DNA of 64,000 bases from a virus, in the IMG/VR virus record IMGVR_UViG_3300036780_000171, positions 1 to 64,000 of that record; one strand, given 5' to 3'. The position numbers were made by a program, and so were the translations under genes. The stretch's first letter is position 1. Each line of letters begins with the position of its first letter. Below, piece after piece: positions 36,766-46,041 of this stretch. The notes beneath the pieces were generated by a model. It searched no databases. It had not been told where the DNA came from and saw only the letters and a list, made by a program, of their open reading frames with translations.

Positions 36766-37317
36766 TTACCCATTGGTAGCCTCGCAATATGGATTTGGCT
36801 TGCCGCTAATAGGGTCTGGTTCACAACTGCCTATTTTTAATAGTGTACCAGTGGCCGACCACTCATTTCCCCACAAGTCATATTGTGGCCGGTTTGGGTC
36901 AGTACAATTCTCATAGCACTTATTGGTGCTGGTCACCGGCGCATCTTTGTCAAGCGCACCATTCGGGTTAAACTCGCAGACATCATTGCCCGTGTTGCCG
37001 ACACATGTGCCGCTGGTATTGTGTGATGTGCTAGTAACCGGCTTTGCTGGTATAGTGGACTTTACCACTGGCTTTGGTGCTGGCACAGCAGGTGTGACAG
37101 TCGCTGAACTTGCCTTGTATGTTGGGGTTGGAGCTGGCTTGCTAGGATGAGTCACGGGTTTAGTAGGTTTATTATCACTTATTTGTATATCGGGCTTGGA
37201 GCTGGTTAGTGTAACAGGGGCAAGCTTATTGGTATTTGATAAACTAACAAGGCTGGCAGCTATGGTCACCAGTGAAAATAGTATCAAGCGTTTCATGATT
37301 TTTTTAATCCCGCTCAT
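36766..37317 (-). CDS. Secreted Pro/Thr-rich protein with Cys-rich C-terminus
   Basis: Signal-peptide-like N-terminus, PKP linker. Confidence 0.55.
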   Translation of the reverse strand: MSGIKKIMKRLILFSLVTIAASLVSLSNTNKLAPVTLTSSKPDIQISDNKPTKPVTHPSKPAPTPTYKASSATVTPAVPAPKPVVKSTIPAKPVTSTSHNTSGTCVGNTGNDVCEFNPNGALDKDAPVTSTNKCYENCTDPNRPQYDLWGNEWSATGTLLKIGSCEPDPISGKPNPYCEATNG

Positions 37318-38144
37318 AGTTCTTCCAAAAACTTCACTTCCTTATCCCACGCGCCAAGAATTTGCCAGAAAAATCCGAATGGCGACTGCGCCAGTAAGAT
37401 TGGGTCACGACGTCTTGTTACATCAGTAGTCTTGGCTTTCTCTACTATTAAGTAATAGTTGGTTTTCTGGTCACATAACTTGTCGGTCAGCTTTTCATAC
37501 CTGGCAATTTCCTTCACGGCCTCTTTTGGTAAGTCTGGAATAAGCGTAGCGATATTCTCGGCCTTAAGATGGGTATGCGCGTTTAGAACGGCTGCTATGG
37601 CCTCGCTGGTGGTATATGGCCAGTCGTTATAGCCATCTTTAAATGATTCATATTGCCTTCTATTTTCAAGCCTGATAAGCATCGAACACATTTCCTGATA
37701 GGCATATTTGTAAACGCCGGTCATGTCACTACTATCACGGACTTCCCAGGCATCGGCTATATGGCCGCCGAGCGCTTTTGGCAGCTTAACTTTCTGAGCC
37801 CTTGGTTTCTTGGGAATAAGTAGCTCTATCTTTTGCTTTAGTACGATGAGCTGTTCGTCAAGGTAGTCTGGGCGGCAGTTAATTGCCATTTTGGGGATAG
37901 TCAAGGTGCCTAACTCGTAGATTTCCTTGGGAGTCAGTTCCGGCAATTTCTTTTTGGAAGGCTGCTTTTTCTTTTTGGTGATTCCACTTACCTCGCTGCC
38001 GCTATAATCCAGGTCGGCTATCTGAACATAGTCACCATAATCCATGGTAGTTGAAGTACCTTTTAAAATACCATGCTGGGCAAAATCGTATAATCTGCTT
38101 TCTTTCTGCTGCTCAAATAGCTTATGTCCAAATATTTTTATCAT
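37314..38144 (-). CDS. Hypothetical protein
   Basis: 276 aa ORF ending DPILL...ILGAWD. Confidence 0.6.
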   Translation of the reverse strand: MIKIFGHKLFEQQKESRLYDFAQHGILKGTSTTMDYGDYVQIADLDYSGSEVSGITKKKKQPSKKKLPELTPKEIYELGTLTIPKMAINCRPDYLDEQLIVLKQKIELLIPKKPRAQKVKLPKALGGHIADAWEVRDSSDMTGVYKYAYQEMCSMLIRLENRRQYESFKDGYNDWPYTTSEAIAAVLNAHTHLKAENIATLIPDLPKEAVKEIARYEKLTDKLCDQKTNYYLIVEKAKTTDVTRRRDPILLAQSPFGFFWQILGAWDKEVKFLEEL

Positions 38145-38442
38145 TGTTTTTCCTTTTTATGTAGAATAATCAGCTCCGTGGTAATAATGGCACCAAGCAA
38201 AAATCCTATGCCGACTTGCCAGCCAATGAAAATTGCCAGAAATAATGTGACTGACACGACCAATACAATGTAATGTGCTGCTTTATTTACCTGTTCGTCA
38301 TTCTTCATTGTTTTCATCTTCATCCTCCACTACTTCACCGCTTGTATAGCCTTCCTTAATTAGTTCGCCAATGTGCTCCTGGTCGACTTCGCTAAGCTCA
38401 AGGTCGTTCGGCGAAAGCGTTAATTCCCACCAACCGCGTTGG

Positions 38443-38895
38443 TCAGCCATCATCTTCTCCCATGGTATCAGCATCGCGTTGGAATATACTAATTGCATCT
38501 TTAGCACGTTTCCAGCCCTTTTTACTACCTAAAATCTCATTGAGTTTTTCTACAGCAGCAGTATTACGGTTTAAGCTATTAATCAGGTGGTCGGCTGAAT
38601 TATTGCGTTGTATATCGAGCTTTTGTTTAATGTTTTCGGCACTATCTTCACTCTTTGGCGTTGGTAATGTTTTCTGCTCATCGCTAGATTTTTTCATATA
38701 CTTTTCGCCGTGCTTTGCCATTTCCCTTTTATAGTCTTCATAGGTAATGACTTCTGGTATGCGACAAATGGTAATTACACCTTGGCCTCGGCCGGTGATT
38801 TCGGCAATTACCTTGCTGCTTTTGTGCTGCTTGAGCAGCATTTTAATCAGGTCAAAATCATCCTTACTGACCCGTGTGTGTAGTTGCTTTGGCAT
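38443..38895 (-). CDS. Hypothetical protein, possible HTH
   Basis: SSKVIAEITGRG segment. Confidence 0.45.
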   Translation of the reverse strand: MPKQLHTRVSKDDFDLIKMLLKQHKSSKVIAEITGRGQGVITICRIPEVITYEDYKREMAKHGEKYMKKSSDEQKTLPTPKSEDSAENIKQKLDIQRNNSADHLINSLNRNTAAVEKLNEILGSKKGWKRAKDAISIFQRDADTMGEDDG

Positions 38896-39661
38896 TGCTG
38901 TATCTCCCTGCCTTTAAAATAATATCAACTGCCCGAAAAATGGGGCGGATTTCTTCGTTACTTGGCATCTTGCCATTCAGCCAATGCTGTATGTAGCCGC
39001 GAGCACCTTTCTTATCCCAATCCTGGCCGTCTATAGCTTCTGTTTCGTTCATAATGATATATGCCACGGCTTCGGCTTGAAACTCACGTATATCGCGTTC
39101 TATAGCCTTTGAGTCCATAATCTCTTTGTCAGTATGGCCAAGTATAATATGGGCAATTTCGTGTATTGCAGTTTCTATAGGGTATTCCGCTATCGGATTT
39201 ATCGCGAATGAATGGTGGTGGGCATATCCCTGCACGTTGCCATTGGTGCGTTTAAATTCTTCTTGGCCAATAATCAGCTCACTGCAGGCCGCTAATACGC
39301 TCCAGGCTGGTAGTTCAATATGCTTTTTAAGTTCTTCGCCTTCCGTATCTGACAATGTAAACACGCATTTGAGCGGTTTGAAGATAATAAATTCTTCTTT
39401 CTTTTCGCCTTTTTCATTTGTCTTATAGACCGGCGTGGGCTTGACAATGATTTTTGCTTTGCTGCCCTTTTTAACTGTACGTCCGAGTTGTTTCCAACGT
39501 AACCACGTAGCTACCGGCTCTTCGACATCTTGCGACCATAATAGTAACTGATTGCCATAGCTGTAGTTATAAAAGCGGTTAAATATTTTGCTTAGGCTGC
39601 CTTCCACCTTGATTGCCTCTGTAATTAAGGCTGACCAATCTGGTGTTTTTATTACTTCCAT
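38864..39661 (-). CDS. ArdC-like ssDNA-binding antirestriction protein with zincin-like domain
   Basis: YSYGNQLL, ATW..WKQLGRTVKKGSK, HEIAH, EFQAE. Confidence 0.8.
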   Translation of the reverse strand: MEVIKTPDWSALITEAIKVEGSLSKIFNRFYNYSYGNQLLLWSQDVEEPVATWLRWKQLGRTVKKGSKAKIIVKPTPVYKTNEKGEKKEEFIIFKPLKCVFTLSDTEGEELKKHIELPAWSVLAACSELIIGQEEFKRTNGNVQGYAHHHSFAINPIAEYPIETAIHEIAHIILGHTDKEIMDSKAIERDIREFQAEAVAYIIMNETEAIDGQDWDKKGARGYIQHWLNGKMPSNEEIRPIFRAVDIILKAGRYSNAKATTHTGQ

Positions 39662-39667
39662 ACCATA

Positions 39668-39710
39668 AGTATACACAACCGTGATACATAAATCAAGTAG
39701 TTTATCCACA
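39668..39710 (-). promoter_or_regulatory. Leaderless promoter with upstream DnaA box
   Basis: TGTGGATAA-ACTAC-TTGATT-17-TATACT-6 nt-ATG. Confidence 0.7.
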
Positions 39711-40187
39711 CTTATGTTTATGTTGTACCCATCGACCAAGAGTATCTCTGACAAAACAAGATTTATTATGCATCTTTATATGCTCGCCATTTGAAACAAA
39801 AACTTCTAAGTTGCTCGGGTCATTATTTTTAGTATTGGCATCTTTATGATTTACAACTTCAGTGGGCTTTAATCTACGTCCTATGAAAATTTCGGCTATT
39901 AGCCTATGCTCCGCGACATAACCATCAGCTCTAGCTAAATGATGTTCAGGCAGTAATATATGTTTATAGCCTTTTATCCATCGTATGCCGCCTTTCCAGT
40001 GACCATTTTTTTCACCTGATGCTCTAGCCCAACTAGTACGGCGCGGTGTTTTTGTACGCTTAAGAGATGTTAAAACCGACTGCTCATAGCATCCATACTG
40101 GTTAGCAATTTGTTTGCCGGTTTTGCCAGATAAGTAACATTTTTTGATTTCTTGATCTTGACTAGGATTAAATAGAGATTTTCCCAT
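39702..40187 (-). CDS. HNH endonuclease
   Basis: HWKGG, YVAEHR, VNHKD..TKNN..NL. Confidence 0.85.
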   Translation of the reverse strand: MGKSLFNPSQDQEIKKCYLSGKTGKQIANQYGCYEQSVLTSLKRTKTPRRTSWARASGEKNGHWKGGIRWIKGYKHILLPEHHLARADGYVAEHRLIAEIFIGRRLKPTEVVNHKDANTKNNDPSNLEVFVSNGEHIKMHNKSCFVRDTLGRWVQHKHKCG

Positions 40188-40218
40188 AGTAAGATTATAC
40201 CTAAATTAGGGAATAGCG

Positions 40219-40692
40219 TTAACGAAAGAGTGGATAATATATTTCATACTTTTCGCTATTTTTATACATCGTTAGTGGTTGACCTTTCTTACTTTGATGC
40301 CACCATAAAATCAGACGACCAGTCCTGCCATTTCCATCCGCCCAAGGATGACAATGTTCTAATGCTATATGAGCAACGAGCGGGTCAAACTCTTTGTTAG
40401 GGTCGCCATAATCCAGGAGCCAATTTTCCATCAGATGCGGCACTATATGCCAAGCAGGACAAACTCTACCGCCGACACTGACGTTAATGTCACGGTAATA
40501 GCCGCGCCAGTTTGGTTGCAAGTCGTCCTGAAACAACGTCAGTTGTTTCTGTAGCTTACAAATTACGCCTTTGTTGAGTTGCTTTTGCTTGATAAGCCAT
40601 GCCCAGGCGTCTATGCCAAGCTTATCTGCTTTTTTGCTATCATAGCCTTCTATACAGTTTGACTCATGAATATATGCAAGCATGTCTGTCAT
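40219..40692 (-). CDS. Fic-domain protein
   Basis: SNCIEG; HPWADGNGRTGR. Confidence 0.9.
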   Translation of the reverse strand: MTDMLAYIHESNCIEGYDSKKADKLGIDAWAWLIKQKQLNKGVICKLQKQLTLFQDDLQPNWRGYYRDINVSVGGRVCPAWHIVPHLMENWLLDYGDPNKEFDPLVAHIALEHCHPWADGNGRTGRLILWWHQSKKGQPLTMYKNSEKYEIYYPLFR

Positions 40693-40839
40693 AACAACTC
40701 GATACCAATACAGCTGCCACCGAGCAGAAAACCGCCCAAACCTATCCAGCCGCTAGGCGGCTTGCCATGAGCCACCAGAAAGGCTTGAAATGCCAACGTG
40801 ACAGCCCATATAAGAATGGCTGCGATAAATTCTAATACT

Positions 40840-41349
40840 CTATTCATTTGGCGATACTCCGCGCATTACGATAGCTTCTACGTCGGTCACATCATTTAAT
40901 CTTGCAAATTCACCAAAAAGTTCATCTGCTTTTTCATTATATGCCTTCGCTGCATTCTTACTATCATCAAATATTCCTATGTAGTGATTTTTTCCATTGT
41001 ATTGTATTTGTGCTATCCATTTCATACCATTTGCTTGTTTGCGGCAGGTAATACCTTTATAACCAGAAGTATTATTCGATTGCTTAAGTTTATTACTACC
41101 ATTATTTGACCGTCTACCAATTCTAAGATTATTGCGCTGACAGTTTAGTTTATCCAAATCTTTATGGTCAACTTCTAATCCTATTGGCTCGCCAAGTAAT
41201 AATCTATGTAAGTATATTTTTCTTTTGCTAGGCCACTCTTTTCTATGAGCATATCGGCCATCATATGTCCATTTCCATTTACTCAACCAATCGTAATCGG
41301 CATCATCAACCATTGCGACCTTACCCTTTGTAAGTTTTACAAGCTTCAT
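40840..41349 (-). CDS. HNH-AP2 endonuclease
   Basis: LTKGKVAMVDDAD, VDHKD..KLN..R.NLR, AAKAYN...FGEFA. Confidence 0.9.
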   Translation of the reverse strand: MKLVKLTKGKVAMVDDADYDWLSKWKWTYDGRYAHRKEWPSKRKIYLHRLLLGEPIGLEVDHKDLDKLNCQRNNLRIGRRSNNGSNKLKQSNNTSGYKGITCRKQANGMKWIAQIQYNGKNHYIGIFDDSKNAAKAYNEKADELFGEFARLNDVTDVEAIVMRGVSPNE

Positions 41350-41353
41350 ATCT

Positions 41354-41704
41354 TTACTTTTCTCGCACAATTAAATTGAGCTTGCCTATTGCTGTACTTT
41401 GAATGTCATCAAAAGCTATGTCAACATTTAAGAGCTGCCAATCAGTTTTACTGGCATAATTATCAACCCAGTGATTAATATGTAACTCTCTAGCAACTTG
41501 GCGGGCATATAGTTCGCCACTACCTGACCAGACTAAAATCTTAGTATTCTTGAACTTATGAAAAATTCTAACCAATGTGCGTATATCTTCATTGGCAACT
41601 ATAGTTTTACTTGTATTATTACGAAGCGTACCGTCTATATCAAAGGCAATAACTACTTTTTTCATTTCTCTAGTAGGTAAACCGAGTTCTTTATTTGCGT
41701 CCAT
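41354..41704 (-). CDS. HAD-superfamily phosphatase-like protein
   Basis: FDIDGTL, VWSG, FDD. Confidence 0.7.
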   Translation of the reverse strand: MDANKELGLPTREMKKVVIAFDIDGTLRNNTSKTIVANEDIRTLVRIFHKFKNTKILVWSGSGELYARQVARELHINHWVDNYASKTDWQLLNVDIAFDDIQSTAIGKLNLIVREK

Positions 41705-41731
41705 AACTATTTAAAAATTAACTTGCTATAT

Positions 41732-41941
41732 TTAGTAACTGTTTCGCATCAGGTTTATAAAACTTTCCTTCGGGTAGCTTTTTTTGCCATATTTCTTGGC
41801 GATTTCGGCTCGTCCAGCGTTTATCCGGTTGATAATTGGCTGTGCTTCGCGCTGGGCTTGTTCCCTGTTAATTTCGCCATTGTCGTACCGCTTTTTGACT
41901 TCTGCTATGTCCATTCTATTCTTGACTGCTTCTGGTTTCAT
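41732..41941 (-). CDS. Hypothetical early protein
   Basis: Shares a 24-nt leader/start with the gene at 169; own TTGAAT-17-TATACT promoter. Confidence 0.6.
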   Translation of the reverse strand: MKPEAVKNRMDIAEVKKRYDNGEINREQAQREAQPIINRINAGRAEIAKKYGKKSYPKESFINLMRNSY

Positions 41942-42121
41942 TGCTTTTTCGCCTTTCAATGATTAACCTTTATATTATTAGTATACACCACCTCGATATA
42001 TAATTCAAGTCTTTTTTGCTCAACTTTTAAGAATTCCTTAAAAATTGTGGATAACTATTTTATCAAAATAAAAGCGAAAAAACGAAATATATATGGAGAA
42101 CTCTTTTTCTCGCTTTTACAT

Positions 42122-42736
42122 TTAGTAGTAGTTGTTTGCTTTATGGAAAGCTACCTCGGCAGCCCATGAACCATACCGGCCAAGTACATATTTATTTGCC
42201 CAGCGTAACTGGCAAACTTCATCTGCGGCTGAACAACCATCTTTGCCGCATGGTACGGTTTGCTCAAGATGACAAGCTCCTGATGATGGTTCAACTTCAT
42301 TTGGGTTCCAACCTGATTCAGCATTTATTGTCCATTCGACATAACCATAATCTGACGATGCTATACCAGCTTCGGCCATGAGTTCTTTATGCGAACCAGT
42401 CGGATAGTTTGGTGCTACAGGTGCTGGGTCAGGTGTAAGTTTTGGTGCCGGTGTGGACGGTGGGGCTGGTAAATGGCAAGTGCCATCTTGCGCCCATATT
42501 ATATCCTTGGAGTTTGGACAATGTGGCCATGTCGCCGGATTATTCGGGTCAAACTTTGGTTTTGGCGGCTTCTTTGGCTTGGCAATTTGTGGCACTGGTA
42601 AAATAATTGCCACATCTTTTGAAGATGTCACAGGTTTTGTATTTGGAACATTATTCGCGCGTGGGGAAATATTGAATGGCTGGAATAAAGCCAATGAGAA
42701 GAAAAAAATTAACGCACGTTCAAAGTTTCTATAAAT
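42122..42736 (-). CDS. Secreted lytic-transglycosylase/Apf-like protein (possible ATT start)
   Basis: ESGWNPN..SSGA...QLRWA..YV..RYGSW; frame open upstream of TTG 42694 to a signal-like segment. Confidence 0.7.
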   Translation of the reverse strand: MYRNFERALIFFFSLALFQPFNISPRANNVPNTKPVTSSKDVAIILPVPQIAKPKKPPKPKFDPNNPATWPHCPNSKDIIWAQDGTCHLPAPPSTPAPKLTPDPAPVAPNYPTGSHKELMAEAGIASSDYGYVEWTINAESGWNPNEVEPSSGACHLEQTVPCGKDGCSAADEVCQLRWANKYVLGRYGSWAAEVAFHKANNYY

Positions 42737-42870
42737 AAAAAACCTACTCGTTAACTAGACCAGTATATCAAATGCTGGCAAGTCGTTTAATAGTATTCAA
42801 TTTCAAATATCTGGTAAATAAATACTTACCAATGCTCAATTATAAAGTATGCACCAGAGCAATGCAAGAC

Positions 42871-43575
42871 CTATAATGGTCTTCCGTGCCTATCATATTT
42901 ACGTATTGAAATTGGCCTAAAGTTTTCAAATATTTGTTTTTTTCTATCCATGTAAATAGTGGCATCGCTATAGAGATACTCGTAGAAAGCTTTACAGCGT
43001 TTTTGTGATAATAACTTTAGTTGCCAAGTATTTGTAGCTCGTCGATTATCTTTGTATATGCACTTATCTTTGTCAGTTAGAAATGGTAAATGAGCCTTAA
43101 TACTAAATAGAAATTCTTGAGTACCACAGATAGATACCCCTAAACTTTGCCAGTCTTTGACCTTATGAATAAATACGCTACCATCGCCATCGAAATAACC
43201 ACGTATAAAATGTGGCTCTAATCGTTGGCTAATTTTTGGAAATTGTAATACCAATGACTTTCTTTGTATGCAGCCATATCTTTCTAAATCGGCGACCAGT
43301 TTTGTGGATATTATAGTCTGTAAATAATATGCTTTATCTACATTATAGCCGCTATGCGATATATAAATTCTAACAGGTTTATTTGTACCAATGCTTTTTG
43401 AGAATAACTCCAATGGTTCTAGCTCACCTAATCTAATACCTAGAACATCCTGACCTTGTTTCCTTTTTGTTATATACCCATCTGCAAAAATAAAACCAAG
43501 CCAGTAAGCTTTTTCAGCAGTATTGATAGTTTCAAAGAAATTTTCATTTAGCGTATACTGCCGTTTCCTTGCCAT
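42871..43575 (-). CDS. LAGLIDADG endonuclease
   Basis: YWLGFIFADG and FIRGYFDGDG. Confidence 0.9.
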   Translation of the reverse strand: MARKRQYTLNENFFETINTAEKAYWLGFIFADGYITKRKQGQDVLGIRLGELEPLELFSKSIGTNKPVRIYISHSGYNVDKAYYLQTIISTKLVADLERYGCIQRKSLVLQFPKISQRLEPHFIRGYFDGDGSVFIHKVKDWQSLGVSICGTQEFLFSIKAHLPFLTDKDKCIYKDNRRATNTWQLKLLSQKRCKAFYEYLYSDATIYMDRKKQIFENFRPISIRKYDRHGRPL

Positions 43576-43621
43576 TTGTATATTATATCAAAATGTACAA
43601 TTTAATTCTATACCCTAAAGC

Positions 43622-43805
43622 AAAAAGCCTCTAACAAGTAGAGACTATGCCGGATACATTTGTGACTGTATTAGTGGTGGTTTGTGTAGCTTAAAAACTA
43701 CGTTTCCACATTTCAAGCCAGAGACTTTCAACTCCTGTATTTTTGGTGCCGGCCTAACCATTTCCGGACTACATGCGCCTGTTTAGTCGGTGCAATACCG
43801 TATCC
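43622..43805 (-). ncRNA. Candidate multi-branched structured ncRNA with terminator
   Basis: TGcTAAAAT upstream; GGATAC/GTATCC closing stem; internal hairpins; terminal AGTCTCT/AGAGGCT plus T run. Confidence 0.4.
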
Positions 43806-44012
43806 TTTTTTATTTTAGCATAGAACGACAATTCTGGCATAAGATATATTCTTTGAACGATTTATCGTCAAACCAGATAATTTCAAATTTAGTTAAACAA
43901 CGCACACATTTTTTAGTGCGCTTATGGGCTTTAGGCTGTGACTTTACTTGGCGAGGTTTATCACGCCAAAAGTTAGCATTAGGTTGTAATGACTCTAGCC
44001 GAGTCATTTATA

Positions 44013-44612
44013 TTACACTCGATGACGCTTGAGCCGTAGCAAATTGCCAAGATATCCAACTATACCAACCAGGGCTGCTGCGGGCAGCAAAAAATTACCG
44101 GCACCAGTATTTGGTAGTGTTGTAGGCTGTTCTACAGCAACTGGCTTCGTGGGCTTGACTGTTGGCGTTGTCACATTGGTAGTAGTTGTCACTGGTGGCA
44201 CAAAGGGTGGCGGCACACTAGGCGGGGTGCTTGGTGTTGTTGCTGGCGGAGTAGTAGGCAGTGGCGTAGTGATTGGTGGCGGCACTGCTGGCGGAGTAGT
44301 ACTTTTGTGGCACGGTTTCTTGTGCGGCTTTGGTTTGACATACAAAACCACTACAGGCTTTTTGTGGCACGGTTTCTTTGGTGCAGGTTTGACATATACT
44401 ATGGACTTGGGCTTTGGTGGGCATGGTTTAGTTTGTTTTGGCTTGGTATAAACCGGAGCCGGTTTATGACATGGCTTCTTATGGGAACCGGCCTGATATG
44501 TATTCGTGTGCTTATCGTTCTGGCTATATTGCTGGTTGCCGTGTGCCGAAGCAGTGGCCGGTGTCACCAGAACAGCTATTGCCACCAGCACGCCGAGTAA
44601 TAGCTTTTTCAT
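44013..44612 (-). CDS. Surface protein with signal peptide, KKPCH/Pro-Thr repeats and LPXTG-like anchor
   Basis: MKKLLLG..ASA; LPNTG, TM segment, basic tail. Confidence 0.7.
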   Translation of the reverse strand: MKKLLLGVLVAIAVLVTPATASAHGNQQYSQNDKHTNTYQAGSHKKPCHKPAPVYTKPKQTKPCPPKPKSIVYVKPAPKKPCHKKPVVVLYVKPKPHKKPCHKSTTPPAVPPPITTPLPTTPPATTPSTPPSVPPPFVPPVTTTTNVTTPTVKPTKPVAVEQPTTLPNTGAGNFLLPAAALVGIVGYLGNLLRLKRHRV

Positions 44613-44688
44613 ATTTACAACCCTACAGCAAATATTCAGACTGTGCAAGTTTTTATTTTTTACACAGTGGTGTATAAAATGTATTCAC

Positions 44689-45039
44689 TTATTTAGATTT
44701 ACTACATGTATCAGAACACCAGCGAGTCCGATGTCCTGTTAACGTTTTACCACATCGTTCACACGTTAAACGTGAGCCGTTTTTAAGTTTTTGCTCAATC
44801 TTTTTATCACGGACAAGACCAATGCTTTGTTCAAAGGTTTTATCCCGTGCCTCACGTACTAATTCATGCCTAATTTGCCGATAATGGGTTCTGTAGCGTA
44901 AGTCATAGGCTAACATTTTTAATTCAAGCTTGAGTGAAGCCCTGAGATAATCCGCTTTTGTTGGTGTTTGTTGTTCTGGCTCATCTGCTACTAGTTCGCC
45001 GTCGATATATATTTTTAGTGGTTGTGTTTGTGTGACCAT
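44689..45039 (-). CDS. Hypothetical protein with C-terminal Zn finger
   Basis: CERCG...WCSDTC; leaderless TTGACA-17-TATAAT. Confidence 0.55.
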   Translation of the reverse strand: MVTQTQPLKIYIDGELVADEPEQQTPTKADYLRASLKLELKMLAYDLRYRTHYRQIRHELVREARDKTFEQSIGLVRDKKIEQKLKNGSRLTCERCGKTLTGHRTRWCSDTCSKSK

Positions 45040-45090
45040 AACTATATTATACACGAGCTTGATAAAATGTCAAGTCCATTATCCAAAATT

Positions 45091-45126
45091 AAGAAAACAC
45101 CACCTGAATATTTGTGGTGTTTTCTT
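45091..45126. terminator. Intrinsic terminator
   Basis: AAGAAAACACCAC/GTGGTGTTTTCTT. Confidence 0.7.
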
Positions 45127-45138
45127 GACTAGACTAGC

Positions 45139-45711
45139 CTACATCTTGAGTGCTAACTTGCTAGTTCCACTACTTAATGTGACAGTATTGGCTGATGAGT
45201 TGGCAGTATAGCCAACCGTGTTCAGCTTACTAAAGCTATTTGCATTACTGGCATTGTAGTAACCAATTCTATTATCCCATTTGGCATTTTCAGAAATGGA
45301 ACCATAAGCTGCCGGCCAGCCCGCTGTTGAGACACCTGACGTGGTTGTAAGCACGGCTGGTACAACGGAACCACTCATTACTGTGGGTGCCTCATTTACT
45401 TTTTTTTCAGCTTTTTTCTTGACTTCGGAAACTTCCTCGCGAGTATCTTCGCGCAGGTTTTGCTTCTCGCTTTCGGACAACTGCACATCGTCTAGCGAGT
45501 TCACAAAGTCGATAATGCGCTTGGCATCTTCTGCTGACACGCCGACTGCTTCGAGTAACATATTGGTTTGCTCTTTGAGCAGCAATACTTCGTGGGCTTT
45601 TTCTTTTAGGGTTGATAGAACGTTAGCGAGTGTCTTCGCCCTGACAGCACGGTCTATGCGCTTAATATCGTCAAGAATATCAGGTTTCTTGTCTTCTTCA
45701 TCTTTTGCCAT
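45139..45711 (-). CDS. Hypothetical coiled-coil protein
   Basis: 190 aa ORF with GGAG RBS. Confidence 0.55.
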   Translation of the reverse strand: MAKDEEDKKPDILDDIKRIDRAVRAKTLANVLSTLKEKAHEVLLLKEQTNMLLEAVGVSAEDAKRIIDFVNSLDDVQLSESEKQNLREDTREEVSEVKKKAEKKVNEAPTVMSGSVVPAVLTTTSGVSTAGWPAAYGSISENAKWDNRIGYYNASNANSFSKLNTVGYTANSSANTVTLSSGTSKLALKM

Positions 45712-45853
45712 TTTCTAACTCCATATATTAAAATAGGCCTGCAAATGTCTTACCCTCTCGGATTGATTTTTCGCAAGCGATTTAAAATGACTGGTTGATA
45801 TTAAGGAACTACTTATATCGTAGCATACACGACTATGATTTACAATAAACTCA

Positions 45854-46041
45854 TTGAACCTTAGCGGCCAGCATTATATAATTGGGTTAAGTAGGTTACT
45901 ATCCTAAGCAAATAGAAACCTACTTGAGTTATAAACTCGTAATGGCTGGGCTTCACAGTTTGGTATTCCTATGCTATAATTTTGGTAGCTTAGGATAGTA
46001 ACAAATCTAATAGAAGCCCGCCGGAAAGGAGGGCTTTTTAC
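45854..46041 (+). promoter_or_regulatory. Tandem promoters and structured leader of the replication initiator
   Basis: TTGAAC-17-TATAAT; TTCACA-17-TATAAT; 15-bp inverted repeat; RBS inside terminator-like hairpin. Confidence 0.6.

Noticed and set aside
42871-43805. Group I intron around the LAGLIDADG gene
   Set aside because: No interrupted host gene is evident. The endonuclease has its own promoter, and a terminator separates it from the upstream RNA.
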